Shown: positions 1 through 16,798 of the stretch, piece after piece
Numbering within the stretch: position 1 is the first letter of the stretch
Layout of the letters: the number at the start of each line of letters is the position of its first letter
Translations under genes and position numbers: made by a program
The notes under the pieces: model-generated
Seen by the model: only the letters and a program-made list of their open reading frames with translations
What the model was told of the DNA's origin: nothing
The model's database searches: none
Assembly: GCF_009914755.1 (NCBI RefSeq)
Contig: NC_060926.1
DNA length: 64,000 bases
From: the human T2T-CHM13v2.0 reference genome, Homo sapiens
Reading direction: 5' to 3' (one strand)

Positions 1-1939
1 TCTTTGGCTGAAGATACAAGAAACTTGAAGATACAGTGCTTCCTGGAAAACTTATGTGTACACTTCAATCATTCATTTATATACAAATCAAGCTTATTTG
101 TGTAAGATCAGCATGAGGCCAAATCCTCTGGATATTTGAAATAATTGGTTCAGCAGAGTGTCTGCATGTAGAAGTAATCTTTTGCTTAGGTCTAGATATT
201 TATAAACACTAAGTTTAAAAACTTGGGCATTTATGAAATTCCAACAGCAGGAAAGAATAATTCAGGCAGCAAGTGAATCCTACTCAGAGGCTTATTTTCA
301 AAGCTTACGTTAATGTTTACAGTATATCTGAGGAAACCCTCAGAAGGAAGTTGTTTTATATGTGCAGCACCAGCCTCTGAAACCAATGTGTGGCAGAAAG
401 ACTGTCACTTTTTCTAGGCTGTTAAAATACAAATGAAACGTTTTCAAAAACCAGTCAGACAGATGTTCCAGGTGCTAAGTTTTCATAATTTTACATGTTA
501 CTGTTTCCTATTTCATCACTTCATTAATTCAACTCTACTAACAAAGACATTAATATTTCTATTTCTGCTCTCAACCAATCACTCTGAATACAATACACTC
601 AAAGGATTTCACTTTCTAGTAATGCATTTTAAGACACGCTCTCTGAGTGTGTTTTGCATCTGAATGTGGTGACATGACAACCTTACCAAAAAGTTAAGAA
701 TTCATATTAGGTAAGGGAAATTAGCTTTGAAATCTTATTCTTGTTTCCCTTGTTACTTCCCTTACTTCCCAGCTTTAATAACTAACCTTTTTTTCTTTTT
801 CCTCCCATAGGCTTTCTCTTGTCAAGATCTTGTCTTTCAACTCTGTTGGATAGCATATTTATCTTAGTTTCAGCCTTGAATTCTCACTTGGACATATTCT
901 ATTTCCCTACCAGAGTGTAACCCCAATATAAGGACTGACAGTCAAGCTCTACTACACCTCTTAGCCAGTTTCTCCAGATAATAACGAATACCATACACAT
1001 TCACAGGCCATGTTCTAAAGGATTCTCAGAAGGTACACCACTTTGAATTTATCTATTCTCCTTCTCTTATGCTAAATTTTGCTAGTAGAAATGTGTGACT
1101 TAGGTTATTAAACCTCTCAATGTGTCCTCAATTAAAATTCAAAAGTTTCTATGAAGAAAAGCTTGGATTGAACACTTTAATAGATTTTTAAAATAAGATT
1201 TCAAAGAAAATATTTTGCTCTAAATGGTACACAGGATGGGTGTCCAGAGATCATGCAGTCTGAGTAATAGAAAGGTCCAGAAGAAGGATGGGGACATGTC
1301 CAAAGCTACTCTAGCTGTTTCACACGCTTACCAAATCTGACATATTGATGTGAAAAAATTAAGTATGTGTTATTAGAAAAGTAACTTTAGTGTTTCCAGA
1401 GAATATTATTAATGAAATGTACAAAAATTTTGTTAGCAAATCCATAGCAAAATATGTCAAACATTGTTGCCTCCATTTTAGACATGTTCATGATTAAATT
1501 AGGACTGATTTTTAGGACCAAAAACTGAAAGAGAGAGAAAAAGTAAGAAAGAAGAAATTACAATTTACATGGTAATTCAAAATGTCTGAACATAGCATAC
1601 TAAAGATTCTTGAGTAACTCACTCTATTTGATCTTCTTATTTCCAGGTCACTTGATACTTTTTCTAAGGATGTTCTTACAAGTCAAGAAAATAAAAATGT
1701 TAAACAGTTAGGGCTGAAAAGTCTACCATTTACAAATAATACTTCCTCTTTACTAACAATTATTTTCAGATATTAAATTTGTCTACAAGAAATTTACAAA
1801 CATAGATATATGCACAGATATAAAGGCAGAAGAAAAATTCTGAACAATTACCAGCAAAAAAAATTCACGTGGCTGATCCAGGCAGGGGAGGCTTGAAATC
1901 AAAGGTTGGTTTGTGGTAATCTCTGCTCATTAAAGCTCA

Positions 1940-2278
<339 letters not shown>

Positions 2279-2371
2279 CTAGAGAGAAACATAAGGAAGG
2301 TACCATGTAAATGGAATAAAATAAAAAGAGCTCACTCAAATGAACTGGGGCACTTTTAAATAAATGATTTG

Positions 2372-2705
<334 letters not shown>

Positions 2706-2711
2706 CTATGA

Positions 2712-2825
2712 TGTCATCATCTGTAAATAGGATATTAAAACCCACCTTGAATAATTGTTATGAAAAACCAAATAAATTCTATATAAAATAATTGGTACTA
2801 TGTAATATGTTATTTAAATAGTTAT
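2712..2825 (+). mobile_element. MIR fragment
   Basis: catcatctgtaaataggata...aattgttatgaaaaaccaaataa resembles the MIR core and 3' end. Confidence 0.4.
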
Positions 2826-3008
2826 CCTGAATGACTCTATACTCATACCTATAGTCATACTATTATGGCAGTTTTAATAGTAGTTCCACAAGTTAGTTAC
2901 AGGTATATGAAGAGATGTGGGAAGGCTTTTTGTGGGTAAAGTATTTGAGAGAGGATTTGAAGAATAACCGAAACCGGTTACCATGTCTCTGGTGTATTAC
3001 ATTTAGTC

Positions 3009-3309
3009 CAAGTTTTCCAAAGTGCGTTTTGTGGAACACTAAATTCCCAGGATGTATTTATAGATATTCTATGATTAAAGATTTCTTAGAACACAGAAGA
3101 TTAGGTAGCACTGAAATAAACAACACAAGTATGTATTTGAAGATTTAATTTATATATCAGTAATACAAATATATGCATGGTGGTGGGAAAGGAGCATAGA
3201 AGAGAGTATACAAGTTTCAAAAACTCATTTTATCATTAAAACAGTACTTTTCCCTAAAGGAAAGCCCAAATACTTTGTAAATGATGTGTTTGCAATTTGG
3301 AAAATGCTG
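3009..3309. mobile_element. hAT-Charlie-type MITE (old)
   Basis: Inverted termini caagttttccaaagtg...tttggaaaatgctg; flanked by NNNTANNN-type 8-mers atttagtc / atctacat. Confidence 0.45.
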
Positions 3310-4202
3310 ATCTACATTTTTGCTTCTGGGACATTTAGCTAAGTACCAGAGGGCTTCATGTATTTTTCTTTAATATATGCAAAGGTAGGACTTTTGGTAC
3401 ACTACACGTTAAGTAAAATCAGAGCTTTAAAATGTTTCATTGAGATATTTGAACCCTATGCAAATCCCTGCTGATCAGTGGCAAAATAAATACAAAACAC
3501 TAATCTGCAGGTGGTACAATCTCTGTCTAGGAAGCAGCAAAACGGGGATTAACCCACCAAAATAATTAAGACTATGTTTTTCAAATTCAAAAATGGTATA
3601 GGAATATAGATCAATGATCAGGCATTGCTATGTGTATGGGGTTGGGTGGGAGTAAAGGGGGAAAAGCAGCAAATGGTGGCTCATGTGACACATAACTGTC
3701 AACCTCTCAAAGATTTTCCCAAGGGAAACTGCTGGCCACTTGAATGATTCAAGAAATATTAATAAATTTGCCTGAAGTAGATACTTTATTTAACAAAGTT
3801 GTTCATCTGCATGTTATGCAAATATAGTATCTATCTCTCTGTGCCAGTGAGAGCACAAAAGCATTTGAAAGATTGTCCCTACCATGTTTTCCATTCTTTG
3901 CTATGCAATTATGAGCAATTTTCCTAAAATTACAAATCAAGAAAATATTTAGGGGATTTAAAAATGTATTGTAATTGCTTCCTAGTGATTTGTGGTATAC
4001 ACATACACACACACAAACACACGGAGACACATGTAAACATACACAGTGAAACAAAAAAAAACCAAACTGTATAAAGGTAAAAAGCTTGAAGGGAATCTAT
4101 TCAGGGTATATGTGCAATATAGAGTATTTTTGGCTTTTCAGGATGTTATGATGAAAACTCAGAGATGGTGAATTTAAAGAGGGGGGCAACAAGGTCTGAG
4201 AA

Positions 4203-5408
4203 TATTTTATTTACATTTTATTTTATATTTTAATTGACACATAATAATTGCACATATTTGTGGGGTTCACAGTCTTTCTCTCTATATAATATGTAGTAAT
4301 CAAATCAGTGTTATTAGCATATCCATTATCTTAAATGTTTATTATTTGTATGTTGGGAACTTTCAATATTCTCCTTCTAGCTATTTGAAACTCTATATTA
4401 TTACTAATTAGAGTCAATCTACAGTGGTATAGAACACTAGAACTTATTTTTCCCATCTAACTGTAATTTTGTATCCTGTAACAAATATCTTCCTATCTCT
4501 CTCTTTGTTCTACTCTTCCCAGCATTTAGTATCCTCTGTTGTACTTTTTACTTCTATGAGATCAACTTATTTGTTTTGCACATATAATTGAGAACATGCA
4601 CTGTTTATGTTCCTGGCTTATATAACTTAACAAAATTTACTTTCCCACTAACAGTGTATAAAATTCTCCTTTTCTATGCATCCTCATCAGCATTTGTTAT
4701 TTGTTGTCTTTTTGATAATAGTCATTCTAACTGGGGTGAGATGATACCTCATTGCAGTTTTGATTTGCATTTTCCTGATGATTAGTGATGTTGAGAATTT
4801 TTTCATTTACTTCTTGGCCAGACTGACTGTAAGTCTTCCTTTAAGAAATGTCTGTTCAGTTCATTTGCCCAATTTTAATCACATTTTTTCTTCTGCAGTT
4901 GAGATGCTTGAGTTCCTTGCATTTTCTGAATATTATTATCCTGTCCAATGAATGGTTTGCAAATATTTTCTTCCATTCTGTAGCTTGTCTTTTCACTTTG
5001 TGGATATAATTCCATTTGTTTATGTTTGTTTTTGATGCCTGTGCTTTTAAGATCTTATTCATAAAATCTTTTTCCAGACCAACATCCTGAAGTGTTTCGT
5101 TATGTTTTATTCTAGTAGTTTTATAGTTTTGGGTCTTATATTTAGATGATTGATTCATTCTGAGTTGATTTTTATATAGGGAGAGAAGTGGGTGTCTAGT
5201 TTTATTCTTCCGCATATGGATATCCAGTTTTTTCAGCAGCATCATGTATCAGAGAGACTTCTCCAGTCAGTGTTTTTGCCACCTTTGTCAAAAATCAGTT
5301 GGCTGTAGATATGTGGATTAATTTCTGGATTCTCTATTCTATTCCACTGGTCTATGTATCTGTTTTTATACGCTATCATACTCTTTACATTATTGTAGGT
5401 TTGTAGTA
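4203..5408 (-). mobile_element. L1MA-type LINE 3' portion with internal deletions
   Basis: T-rich tail, L1MA-like 3'UTR reverse complement; minus ORF 4856-5245 has degenerate ORF2 similarity (VKRQATEWKKIFANH). Confidence 0.85.
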
Positions 5409-5949
5409 AGTGACTTAAGTAGGGTCTTAGGATGGGTTAAGAGAAGCACCACTCAGAGGTGTGGAAATCTACCTCCAGCTAGTTCTAAGGACATTTTAGA
5501 AGGTAACAGATGGAGAAAGACATGCAAAAAAAGTAAGACAATCTTTTTAAAGGTGTAAAGGTGTGATAGATATCATGCTAGATTGCTTTGTTTTGATTTT
5601 TTCTTCTCTATTGATTTGGTAATCCTTATAAACAAATAGATGATTCATTCACTGTAATTAATTAGTAAATAAATAAAAATAACTTGAACCAGCAATCCAA
5701 CTCAATCTGCTAATGCTGTGCAGGTCATTCACTGAGTAATTATTATATTATATCTTCCAAGTAATAAAGTAATGGACAGTCTACCTTGGTATCATGATGT
5801 TGCTTATGTGTGTTGTCTTCAATTGATTCATTTATTTATATTACAAGCAGGTACTCAATGTCAGGAACTATACCAAGTGTCAGATATAAAACAAAAGATA
5901 ACAAAGTCTTTGTACTCAAGTATTGCTCAATCTGTTGTGAAAAATTGGC

Positions 5950-6420
5950 ATAAAAACCAGGTGTGCCTTCTCAGATCCCTCAACTGCTATTCATTTACCT
6001 TCTCTGGTAGTACCCACTTCCACCAAGTTGTCATTCCTTTTTCAGATGTGCATGAAGCACCATACCAGAGAGATATGGAACTCTATTTTCAGAATTTTTC
6101 AGAATGTCCACTGGGCAGCCAGCTGATTGAACTCAGAAATGGGACATGTTCTCTCCCTATGCGGTGAATCTATAACTGTGAGGATAGGAAGCAGAAAGGA
6201 TCCAGGCACATACACTTCCCCTACTGTAGAAGGCTACTTTGAACGGTACTTCTCTCAATCCATTGTAAGTTCTGCATGCTGATTCATCTGCTGTGTCTCA
6301 TCACTGCTGAATGTGAAATGTTAACCACAACCGTGAGGAACTGACTTTCATTGCATCACATCAGTTGCTTCTTTCTATTTTCTGTCATTCTCATCACTCT
6401 GGGCTTGTGCTTCCCAGGAT
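5950..6420 (+). mobile_element. Possible ERVL LTR (LTR16-like) remnant
   Basis: Weak resemblance to recalled LTR16-family sequence only. Confidence 0.25.
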
Positions 6421-7571
6421 ATTTAGCACATTAATTCTCCCAACTTACTGTATTTCTACTGATCCTGGGATAATAAACAGTCATGGAGGCAAAGGGATCC
6501 ATTAAGAGGTGAAATAACTACTATAAAAATAGGAAGTTAATTATTAAAAATTAGGAAAACTAAATAGTAATGAAAAGATTGCCTAACACTTATTGAGTGT
6601 CTCCCATGTGCTAGACACTTTAAATTTAGTATGTATATTTTAAAAAAATTATCCTCCAGGGTAAATATTTTTTTATTATACATTTTAGGAAAATGCAGAG
6701 CAGATAAGTATGCCTGACAAAGTTATGCAGATAATATTGGTAAAATTATATTTAAACCTGAGGTTTTCTATGTTCGCATACAGTATTTTTTTCTGCTCAA
6801 TGCTTAAAAGGTCAGGGAGGTCTTGCTTGGGGATGTAGCTTTGGTAGTAAAGAAGTTCACAAGAAAAAAAGGACTTTCCAGGCTGATGGAACAATGTGAA
6901 TGAAGGGGCATATACAGTGTATGACAACCTGACTGTTCAAATCAGAGGATTAGAGCTTTCTTTGTTTGCAATGCTGCTTGGAACTTGAGCACTACTACTG
7001 ACCATGCCACTACAAGCAACGTATTCCAGAGAAAAAAGGTCAAAATTGAGAAGTAAATTTCATCTTGCCAATGAAGAATAAAGAATGCCTTACTACCACC
7101 TGCTGATTTCTTACACTTTTGTTCGATGCTTATTTCTAATACAAAACATTTACAAAAATGTTTAATACAAGACTATTTACAAAAATATAACCTAAAAATG
7201 TGACATAAACTTTAAAATAATCAAGTTTCTTCTTAGATTTTGAATTGCTCTATAACGTGGACATTGGCCTGATGTATCAGGGATAAGAAATAGACCATGT
7301 TGTTTTAGGAATGTCAAGGTCACTGCTGGAATGGCATTTACATGCTGATGAATGATCTGTAGTTTGCTGAGCTGGAAAAGTCTCAGAATTGTCAATGCTT
7401 GAATAAATAAATAAATGAATAAATAACAAGAGTCAAAGGCAATGATTCAGAAATAATAGACTTGAAGCGAATAAAGTGGTTAAGTATGGAATTAACCTAA
7501 GGGGAAGTGGATGAAAAGGGGAGAAAAAGGAATCCCTGTCAAAACCAATCCTTGCTTAAGAGTTTACTTCC

Positions 7572-9312
<1,741 letters not shown>

Positions 9313-12300
9313 AAGAATATCTTTCTTGTGGAAGAGTGTGTTCTATCATGGAATAATATACAAAAGCCATTGGCTTTCTCTCCTTTGGTATCTTTTGCTT
9401 TTAGATTGTTATCTTAGTGAGTCTTATTGATATGAAAATTTACCCTTTAAGCATAACAGTGGGATTGTGCTATTTTATCCGATAAAGTATATGATCAACT
9501 ATGCACCCTGACATCTCAGAAGAGGGTAAATTAGCATTCTTCTTTGAGTGTGGTGGGATGGAAGAAATCTAAGGGAGAAGACAAAGGTTCATAGATGTAC
9601 AGATACTGGTGAGATGGCAGATTCACAAAATCAACAAGTATCACAAAATTTTAAGGTATTAGGAATAGAATAAATAGATTTGTGGAGGACATGTCGGCAT
9701 CACTTCTTGGGTGGCTGAAGTTACTTTTGCCGTAAAGCATTACATAAAGAAATAATATTGATTGAAGAGAGGAAAGCATGAAAGGAAGGAGGGAGAGAGG
9801 ATAAAATCCTTCATGTTGCTGCTTCTTGTAATTCTGTAACTATTACATATTGCTCTATGACTTTGAACAAGAGTATAACACTCATTATCTTTAATTTTTC
9901 TCACCTGGAAAATGAAATTTAATATTTTATATGCACTGAAGCAGAGAACTGAAATAGCTGATTCTCAATTTTCTAACTCTTTTAAAGTTATTAGAGAGAG
10001 CAAGATATATCCACAAAAGCCTAAAAATGAGGCAGACATAGGTTAGAATCTTGTCTCTTTGCTTTTCTGGTTGAATTGACTTGAGTAAGTTATTTGCATG
10101 TTTTGGGTTATTTTGATTCTATTAAGAATTACCCAAACTGCTACAAAAGATGGTAGATTAGATATAAGAGAAATAGCGGAGCTTAGAGTTACAACATGAA
10201 GATTCTATTTTCCAATAAACTTCAATAAACATAACTTTTTTTGTTTTTCTTTTTTTTCTTTAGAACTTTTGGTGTTCATTTCCTTAATGTTTAGCTTTTT
10301 AGAACCGTCAGTTTGACCAATAATTTCAGAGTCTGCCTGGTTTTCTCTTGTCTTTTTTCTGAATATAATTTATTTTAATTTTCTCCTATCATGTTGGAGA
10401 TTCTGATTGATAGATTTACAATAGAATCTCCTTTTTAACAATATGTGATAGGATCATCTCATAACAAAATGCCAGAACTATAAATTATACATTACCATTC
10501 TGGAAAATCCTTATTCCATAAATCCTTGTCCACTTGTCCCTGGCAAATTGAGTTTGTGGAAACTACCACAGAACTTGTTCCAGCAGGCTTACAGAGGTAA
10601 GGTAGAACACCAGAAACTGCTCATAACCATAGCTACAGATCCATAATTGCTATCACCTGTTGGCCTAGCATCTCTCACTTTCTACCATCATTAATGACTA
10701 GTATTCACATAATCTCATCCCTGAAGTTCTAAGTAAATGTTCTCATACGTAGAGTTTCTATAGCTGCCTTTGGCTCCCTTAACCTTAGCTCTCCAAATTC
10801 TATATGATCAAAACTAGCTCTGTTGGCAACACATGATAAACATGAGAATAATATTGTAAGAAGATTTATCATTGATAGCATTGGTAGTTTATGCAAATTC
10901 TTGGAAAATTAATACTAGAGTAAATGCGGACCTAAAAAGGATATGAAGAGGAGGGAGCAAAATAAAAGTTCACAGTTTAGAAAGATCTCCTTCAGAACTA
11001 GGAAAAGAATCAATTGAATGTGAAAGTAGGTGAGTTTATGAAAGAATAAAAGAAACAAGCTATATAGCATTTTGTACAAGTGAAGAATTAATAGAACATT
11101 GTGTTGAAAAAGTGTGAATAAAAAGAAACAGGACTAAACAAGGGACATTAAAGGAGTAGAATCAACATGAAGTTTAACTAGAAGTGAGAAGTGAGGGAGA
11201 AAAGTAAGCTAAGAATGTGCCACAGGACTCTGGCTTGAGATACCTTGTGACTAAGAAATATTATAGATTTGAACAAAATATAAGCTTATTTTTAGGTTTA
11301 AGGAATATGATATTTCTCTGGGTCATACAAAGAAATTTGTCAGGATTTTGGAAACCAAGAGTGAAGAGTGTTGCAGGATGGAGAAGTTAATAGTTTCAAA
11401 GTTTCATAGAATTTGCACATCTTAGATGCTGCAGGGAAGCAAGAAAGGTGAAGACTGGACATTTCTTATTAGGTTTCTGCCCAAATCCGGTTACCCTTCT
11501 TTAAAAATGTAGTTTAATAACTTGAAGCTAGATCACAAGAACAGTATGAGGTAAAGCCATAAGATCTCTTTTCACAAATCAACTTCTCCTCAAATAATAA
11601 AAGCAGCAACACATTGCAAATTTTATACTAATTTATATTTTCCAACAGTTGCTAAAAAAAAAAAAAAACCGGCCTTCCATCAGTTTTCCCTTTGTCCATC
11701 AGATCAAAGTTTATGTATGTATGTATGTAGATATGTTTGTATGTATGCATGCATACATATGTATATATTTGTGCTTAAATTATTCAAAATTTATTCATTC
11801 AATTACAAAAAATATTAATGTTAATAGCAACTTCAGGATGAGCATATGATGAAGTCTTGCATGATTTTCTTCAAGCCCAAGGAGGCAGCCCTCTATGTGT
11901 CCTATAATGTCAGATAAGGCTAGTAACCATGCTTTCATCCGACTCCTCTCACTATCTCAACAGTCTCCATTGTCCCTGGTGTCCTATTCTAAATCCAGTT
12001 CACTTCCTGGGATCATGTTGTACATGAAGTAAACCTCACCAAACCACCAACAACCAGTGTTTTCTTGGGGGAATACTTGAACATTTAATTTCTGAAACAT
12101 TTTGGATCTCCTCCGTGAGATATATTACTTAGCACCAAGCTTTTATTAGTATCTGTACCATTTGTGTTAACATTATCAATATAAACATTTGGGCCATTCC
12201 CTTAAAAGCACACGGTTCTCTCAAGTCGCTCATCTTTGAAATTTCAGAGCTCTCCAAAATTTTGCTTAAACCTTTATAACAATTCTCTGAATCTGTATAC

Positions 12301-12539
12301 CCCAAAGCACTGGAATCCCTCTAAGATATCTCTGTTTCTAAAAAACAGGGGGCTCTTAGAAAGTTGATGTGAAAAAAACACATTAAAAGTTGTTTCCTAA
12401 TATTCATCCAGTCTTTTTTTTTTTTTTTTTACATTTATGGCTTCTTATTTGTTAGTATGGAAACATCACGTGCTTTGTCATTTTCAGAAGGAAGGATGGG
12501 TTGGTCAACTTCCTTCATCTCTCTTTATTCTAAAGAGTA

Positions 12540-12952
12540 GAATAGTTTTTAGCTAGTGCCTGGCTACCCTGGATAAAGACATAGGAAGAATCATTCTGAT
12601 GTAGCTTTGTAACTAACTGCGGTCCATTAAATATAAATGGAAAGGTCTGGTGGTACTTCTTAGAAGCTTTCTTTAAAAGAGAGCCTCCAAATCTACTTTT
12701 TCTCATCATGGTCTTGATCCTGCTACCGTGAATGAAGCTGCTGCCATCTTGGAATATAAAGATGAAGGCCACATGCTGGAGACAGTAGAGCAGTGAGCTG
12801 GAAAAAACCTTGTTCCCTAATACTTTGTGATACATGACTGCTATCCTGAAACCTTAATGTTTTACTGTTTAACTTATTGGAGAAGAAATAAACTATGACA
12901 TTATTTTATTATGCTACTTACTGGGGAGTTTATTGTTAATAGCCCTAATACA
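12540..12952 (+). mobile_element. MaLR LTR (MLT1J/K-like)
   Basis: gctgctgccatcttgg...gaaggccacatgctgg...gaagaaataaac...cctaataca terminus. Confidence 0.55.
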
Positions 12953-13759
12953 ATATTCTTTGCATCTATGCAGTTATTTTTCTCTCTCTGTAAATATATT
13001 ATAGCTCAAGTATAGGTCAGTGTCATCTTACAGCCATAAATTGTTAACATATATAAAGTAAAATTCATGACAAATTTAGACTTAATAGAATTATTCAACC
13101 TAAACACAAATTGGTTATAAACAGACATACAAAAGAACAATTAAATCTAATAGTAAATAAACTTGTGGATCAATTACCAAAAACTTCATGATTCCCAGAA
13201 ATATATTTTACTAATAACATTTTAATCTAGTGAGCAACATGTTTCTAATCTTAAAATAATAAAACCTTCCCACATAAATTGTAATTTTAATAGATACTCT
13301 CCATATTCACTTGACATATAATTAATTTGAATAATAAATATATTAAAAGTAAAATATATCATGTACACTAACTTAACTTATTAATTAAATCTTTGTAAAA
13401 ACAAAATGATCCACCATAGAAACAGAAGAGTGCTCAGAAAGTTATCTTTCACTCTTTCTCCTTTATTGTCAATTTTTCTGTGGACATCCAAGTTTGCTTT
13501 ACATTTACATGTTTTGCACACTAGTTTTTTATCTAGTAAATGAGATATTCAATTTTTACTTTCTTGGAGTTGTAAGGAAAGCTTTGACCATAAATTATTT
13601 TGGACAGGACAAATTATCCTTGAGTACAGAGATTATTAATTTCAGGACATTGAAATGTCCTTAAGAATTGGAATTGCCCCATTCTACAATGTCCTTGTCA
13701 GTTAATTTGCCAATCAGAAGAAATCTGCCTTTGAGAGGAATATTATATGAGGATTAAGT

Positions 13760-13976
13760 TGTAGCATTCTATTCGATTATAGGATGACAATAGTTAACAG
13801 TAATATACAGTTTCAGATAGCTAGAAGGAGAGTATTGAATATTCCCAGTGGATACATTGAGGTGATGGATAGACTAATTACCCTGTTATGATCATTATAC
13901 ATTATATGCATGGAAACAACATGTGTACCCATAAATACGTAAAAATGTTATTTGTCAATTAAAATAAAATAAAAAT
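13760..13976 (+). mobile_element. L1MA 3' end fragment
   Basis: atagctagaaggagagtattgaat...gaggtgatggat...tgtcaattaaaataaaa. Confidence 0.75.
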
Positions 13977-14081
13977 CAATGATAGGAAGGGTAACTTCAG
14001 CTATGGTGGCATGAAGAGTTTGACAAATACCTCCCTCCCAAACAAATGTAACACTGGAACAATTTTTCAAAAATAACTCTA

Positions 14082-14590
14082 GTAAGTTCTTATAATTTTA
14101 TGTTGCCTCAGCATTCATCCTGAATATAAATCGAACTTTCTTATACCAGAAGCACGCTCAGTCACCCCTGACACAGTTTCTAGCTCTCTGCCCCCTCTCA
14201 TTTCTTCCATATAGTCAATCTAGGTATCTACTTTATACAACTGCCACCTGGCCACCTCCCTATGGGAGAACTAGATATAACCTACTTGACTACCCCACTG
14301 ATCTCGACACCTCCCATAGACTGCACATTTTTGCTACAGTGACCATCTCTCAGACACAGTCTTAGCTCCAGAACTCATGTCTGCTTGCTCTAAATTAACC
14401 TTTTGAACTTACTAGGAGAAACCTGCTTAGGTTATGATTTAGACCCCAGTAAACGTCTCAGTAGGTCAATAGGTATCTCTTTCTCTCTCTTCCCACCAGC
14501 TGGTTAGGCATCCTGCTTTCTCTGGACTTCCTGTCTGCCCTCATCGATTTCTCTTTTCTCTTGTAGATCTGTGAATTATAAAATTCTTCT
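14082..14590 (+). mobile_element. Solo LTR-like element (ERV class, family uncertain)
   Basis: LTR-like composition; ctcagtcacccctgacacagtttc motif; degenerate poly(A) signal near 14447; family not confidently recalled. Confidence 0.4.
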
Positions 14591-14681
14591 TTTACTAAAC
14601 AAAACGAGAGAGAGAGAGAGAGAGAGAGAAATCCTACAAAAGTGAAAGGAAGGAGTTTGTTAAAGCAAAAAAAGCTGCATC

Positions 14682-14830
14682 TACTATGCCTGGCTTCACA
14701 GGCTTTTAACATGTGTAGCTCTACATTGCCCTGTGCTCAGAGGGGCCCAAACCTTGCTTAAATGGTTTTGAAAAAGGAGACTCACATCTTCATTTTTCAC
14801 TGGGATCCACGAACTCTGATGCCAGTTCTG
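14682..14830 (+). mobile_element. MER91A-like hAT-Tip100 MITE
   Basis: ggcttcacaggc...gccctgtgctcagaggggccc...catttttcactgggatccac...gccagttctg. Confidence 0.55.
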
Positions 14831-14850
14831 GTATCAAGAATATGTATGTG

Positions 14851-15216
14851 GGCCAGGTGCAGTGGCTCATGCCTGTAATCCAAGCATTTTGGGAGGCCAC
14901 GGTTAGCAGATCCCCTGAGGTCAGGAGTTGGAGACCAGCCTGGCCCGCATGGCAAAACCATGTCTCTACTAAAAATTACAAAAATTAGCCGGGTGTGGTG
15001 GTGCACACCTGCAGTCCCAGCTAATAGGGAGGCTGAGGCAGGAGAATTATAGGGAGGCTGAGGCAGGAGAATTGCTTTAATCTGGGAGGCGGAGGTTGCA
15101 GTGAGCTGAGATTGCACCACTGAACTCCAGCCTGGGTGACAGAGCAACATCCCATCTCAAAAAAAAAAAAAAAAAAAAAAAAACAGAAAAAAGGAAAGAA
15201 AGAAAGAAAGAAAAAA
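14851..15216 (+). mobile_element. AluSx-like with internal 25-bp tandem duplication
   Basis: Alu body with A/(GAAA)n tail; TSD aagaatatgtatgt at 14836-14849 and 15217-15230. Confidence 0.93.
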
Positions 15217-16477
15217 AAGAATATGTATGTATGTGTGTTTATTTTACCGAATATAGTAGCATGCTATCTTGTGATGGAAATCCATATACCTAAAATATTT
15301 TACAAGTAACGACAACAACAAAATAAGGCTGTTAAAATTTGGATAATATTCTTTAAAAATATTATGATTTAAAGAAATTGATTGAGGCCAAATAGTCTGT
15401 GACTTAAAAAAAATGCCATTGAGGTTACTGAGAACCTAATCACAACGAAGGAGCCGTAGGGAGAAACTAAATTTTAGCACATACATATTCTCTTTCCTTT
15501 TTCAAAACAAATGATGTTTTAAGAGACAAAGTTGCTCATTGTGATTGTTATAAATTATCATATATTAACTCAGATGTTGTATAACATTAGTTGTTAAAAT
15601 CAATTATATTTTCTCTTGGAGACATTATTTTATTGAAGAAGAATAAATAACACAAATTACAATTTTTTTCAAATTGCAATCCAAGTAGCAGCATAACAAT
15701 GCAGTATCATTTAGTTAATTGTCTCAGCATGTTACATGTTTGAAAGACGGAGTATCTGTACTTCTAATATCATGTAAATCCAGTAGGGAGGAAAGAGATC
15801 CAGATTTGGATAAGTTAATCTTTTATATAACATTAGACAGAATAGGTTCTATAAGCAGATTAGGTGTTAAGAATCTGCCTGTGGCAGCCCTCTTACTTCT
15901 AGTTAATACAGCCTTGCTTTTCTAATCGTCTAGTTTATGAATATCTTTTATTAAGCTTATTTGTTTGTTCTAAAGCCTTAGTATCTTTGTTATGCACAGG
16001 TTTTAACTTCATCTTACTGTTTCTAGTAATGAATCAACTCCACACTTAGATTACAGGGCCGTTTCATTTCACTTTTGCAAGAGATCAGATCTCCCTTCTC
16101 TGTAGCAATCTTTGTCCATAAGATTAGGAAAGAAAACTGGTATCTAATACAGTCATGCATTAACTTTTAAATAATTCCTGTTATCAGCCTAGCATTATCT
16201 TCAGTGGTACCTGGTGCCCAAGACATTTCTGAGGTTCTGCAAGACAAATTGTCTACCTAATTCTATGGGCACCTAGAATAACTTTCCTATTTGCAAAGTC
16301 CTTTACACATAGTCCTTCATTTATTTTCTAAAAAAAGATTGATTTCTTGTCCATAGCTACCTCTCATTTTTGTTTTGTGTTATTTGTTTTAAATGATGAT
16401 ATTGTTTTGTTTCACTTTATTTCCTCTGATGTCATTATAGAATAAATTCATGTAGTTATTTTTCTGTGTTTACCTAC

Positions 16478-16798
<321 letters not shown>

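Noticed and set aside
5772-6167. 131-aa ORF as a coding exon
   Set aside because: No recognisable domain, and it overlaps old L2/LTR-like sequence.
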